In this document: piece by piece, positions 61,534-64,000 of the stretch
Layout of the letters: each line of letters opens with the position of its first letter
Numbering within the stretch: the stretch's first letter is position 1
Source: Eledone cirrhosa
Taxonomy: Eukaryota
NCBI GenBank assembly: GCA_964016885.1
Contig: OZ024740.1
Coordinates: 376,836,001-376,900,000, forward strand
Length of the DNA: 64,000 nt
Direction of reading: 5' to 3'
The notes under the pieces: model-generated
Seen by the model: the letters and a program-made list of their open reading frames with translations, nothing else
The model's database searches: none
What the model was told of the DNA's origin: nothing
Translations under genes and position numbers: made by a program

Positions 61534-63759
61534 CATTTCAATTCTCGTAGAAATTTGGCTAATGAATGCCTAGGACATTTACAAACAAACAGAATGACTA
61601 TAGAGGTATTTGCGTTGCTTATTTGAATGCAACATTACAACGTATTAAACATTTAAAAATAAATTATTATATGTTCAAATGTAAATAACATTATGTTCTG
61701 AAAACCTTCGTTTTGTTATCAAATACTTTTTCAATAGAAATTTCGAGATTATGTCTTTCTTGGCTTTCTTGCTTACAATTTTCTTTCCAATTAGTTGACA
61801 ATCACTCATTTTTATAAAATTTACTTCAGGACGAATATTATTTTTCCTCATCATTCTTCATAGCAAATAATATTTCAGGATTTCTGGCATAATTCCACTA
61901 TCATATTTGTATTCTATTCTGATCACATATTTGGATGATGTACAAGAATGGTTTCAGGAGATACAAGTTGAGTGTCGCTAGATGTGTCAGCTGATTTTAC
62001 TGGCAACATAATGTTACTGAATGATAACACAGTCGTACACACATAGATACATTATGAGTATATTTTTTTTTCCAACATCCATTATGCACATGCACACCCG
62101 CATGTACACTCTTAGGTAAACACAGTACATTTGCAAATACAATTATGCTCCGTATCGATAGACTCACACCTAGGTCCACACAGTACAGACGCACATACAA
62201 GCACGACTCCACCTAAATCTCATCAACACACCCTACAAGACCACACCAGGAGCCAGCATCCAGAAAGACACCCAGATCTTATATAAGCACCTTCGATGAC
62301 CGGGCCACATTTACATACACATACCACCACTCGACACGACAGAAATAACTGTACATATTGGGGGCGCAGAAGCAGCTCAATTTACAGCAATCCAAGCCGC
62401 ACATCCAACTCTTAAGTCATACAGGTTGACTGCTAAATAGGTTCGCACCACAACACGAATCCCATAGTGGCATTAAAATGACAATACTCATCCAGGCATT
62501 CAATTTCCTAACTATTTATATCTGACTGCACACGGGCAGCCCCTAAGCCCCACCCCACACCACCCAATCTCTCCCGAGTACACATAGGCACTCAATACAA
62601 ACTTAGGCCCACTATATTGCATATCAAATAAATAATAATTATCCACATCCACTCTCACAATAAATACAAACAATGTCATCAGCACCACCCACAAACGACC
62701 GTTCACACACACACACACACGCATACACACACAAATTCACATACAAACAAGCATACTAAGCACCTTATATATATATGCACATATGTACCCACACCACCTA
62801 CACTCAGAGGCCTTTTGACTCCGTTGAACTAGTACTTTTCTAAATAAAATATTAAAATATAAAAATACAATTCTCCCAAACAACCAGTAAGAGTTACAAC
62901 AATAACTCTAATTTAACACTCTAGCATACATAGTTACCTACGACAATCTTAGGTTTGCTATACGGCAGATGAAATAGATAATAATTTCAACACCAGACAC
63001 GCACACTTGTATGTCACCAAAACCCCACATACATACAAATATATGTGCCATACACATACATTTACACCTACAACTTCTCCACAGACACGCATTTAAATCC
63101 GTAGTACTAGAACTCATCTAATTAAAATGTGTTGTTGTTTTTTTAATGTATACCCGTAATATAAGGTTAACTAAGTGTTAGCTTAGCAACCAGTAACAAA
63201 TACAAATAAAAGAACTCGAAATAATTCACCGACCCACTCGAAACTACAACAATAATTGTAATACAGACTAGATGATCGGTGATCTTTTGAGATAACTAAA
63301 ACATAGGTTCACTTATTGACAGATACATGTAATTCGTTAATGGGTGACAGGGCTATTCTTTGATCAGAAAACCTCTTGTTGTGGTGTCATATCCTTGACG
63401 TTGTTACCTGCAAATTGCAAACGATATTCCTTCTGATATACATATATATATATATATACACACACTTCCGCATAAATCTTCGATGAATATAATTCTACCT
63501 CATAACAATTCTTCCATCTCACCCATTCCCACATAATTAATGAAACATACAGGTGCACACAGAAGTGCACATAAACACATGCTTGCACACCTACGCACCC
63601 ACACACACAGACTTAAAAATATATAAAAATGTATATAGAAGTCTGTATATATGTATATATAAAATACAATCAATTATTTCTAAAACTTTTCTGCAACATC
63701 CTATGAAGACAATTTACACTTGCATGGACAGCTTATACACTTATATGGATAAGCCATGC

Positions 63760-63930
63760 GCCTGATGATATGAGCCCTTTTGGCTATCAATCTGGAACTA
63801 GCTGTTGAAACGGCAAGAGCTCAGCCACTAATCCTAAACTCTTTATAATATAGCCATAATCTACTATTCCAAGTATCGAGTACTCTGTTCAGTAATGGTC
63901 TAATTAGTTTTATCTGGTACTATCCTGATA
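63760..63930 (+). mobile_element. Penelope-like 3' terminus, same family as 6727-7156, degenerate hammerhead remnant
   Basis: CTGATGA at 63762, ACTAGCTGTTGAAACGGC...CTCAG and CCAAGTATCGAGTACTCTG..AGTAATGGTC shared with 6795-6898. Confidence 0.5.
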
Positions 63931-64000
63931 TATATAAGGCGAAATCTACATACACACACACATAGGATTGGTAAGACCACAAATCAATATAATTCTCAAT

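Overview
AT-rich eukaryotic (metazoan, most likely cephalopod/Octopus-like judging from the Deu/Nin-domain SINEs and microsatellite load; this is inference) non-genic region that is almost entirely a transposon graveyard. No host protein-coding gene, rRNA, tRNA gene or CRISPR array can be supported. It holds: (i) eight Tx1-like (L1 clade, APE endonuclease + RT) copies or fragments, two near full length (9270-15098 minus, 50598-56561 plus), sitting in (GATA)n or (TTA)n tracts; (ii) two R4-clade (RT + restriction-like endonuclease) families, a Dong-like one ending in (TAA)n and a second ending in (CATA)n; (iii) many short Penelope-like termini next to (TA)n tracts, at least six with recognisable type I hammerhead ribozyme cores, arranged as tandem repeats and long palindromes; (iv) a canonical non-autonomous Helitron plus Helitron Rep/PIF1 fragments, a Tigger-like MITE, an RTE 3' fragment, two RTE-5'UTR-like highly structured elements and several SINEs. 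All retroelement ORF2s are broken by stops or frameshifts. The most interesting signals are the partitioning of retroelement families by microsatellite motif, the hammerhead-bearing repeats/palindromes, and cis-motifs conserved across divergent Tx1 copies (5'UTR double hairpin, GTAAGT at the ORF1 stop, 3'UTR CTATTG motif). Coordinates were read by eye and element boundaries are approximate unless a terminus is quoted.
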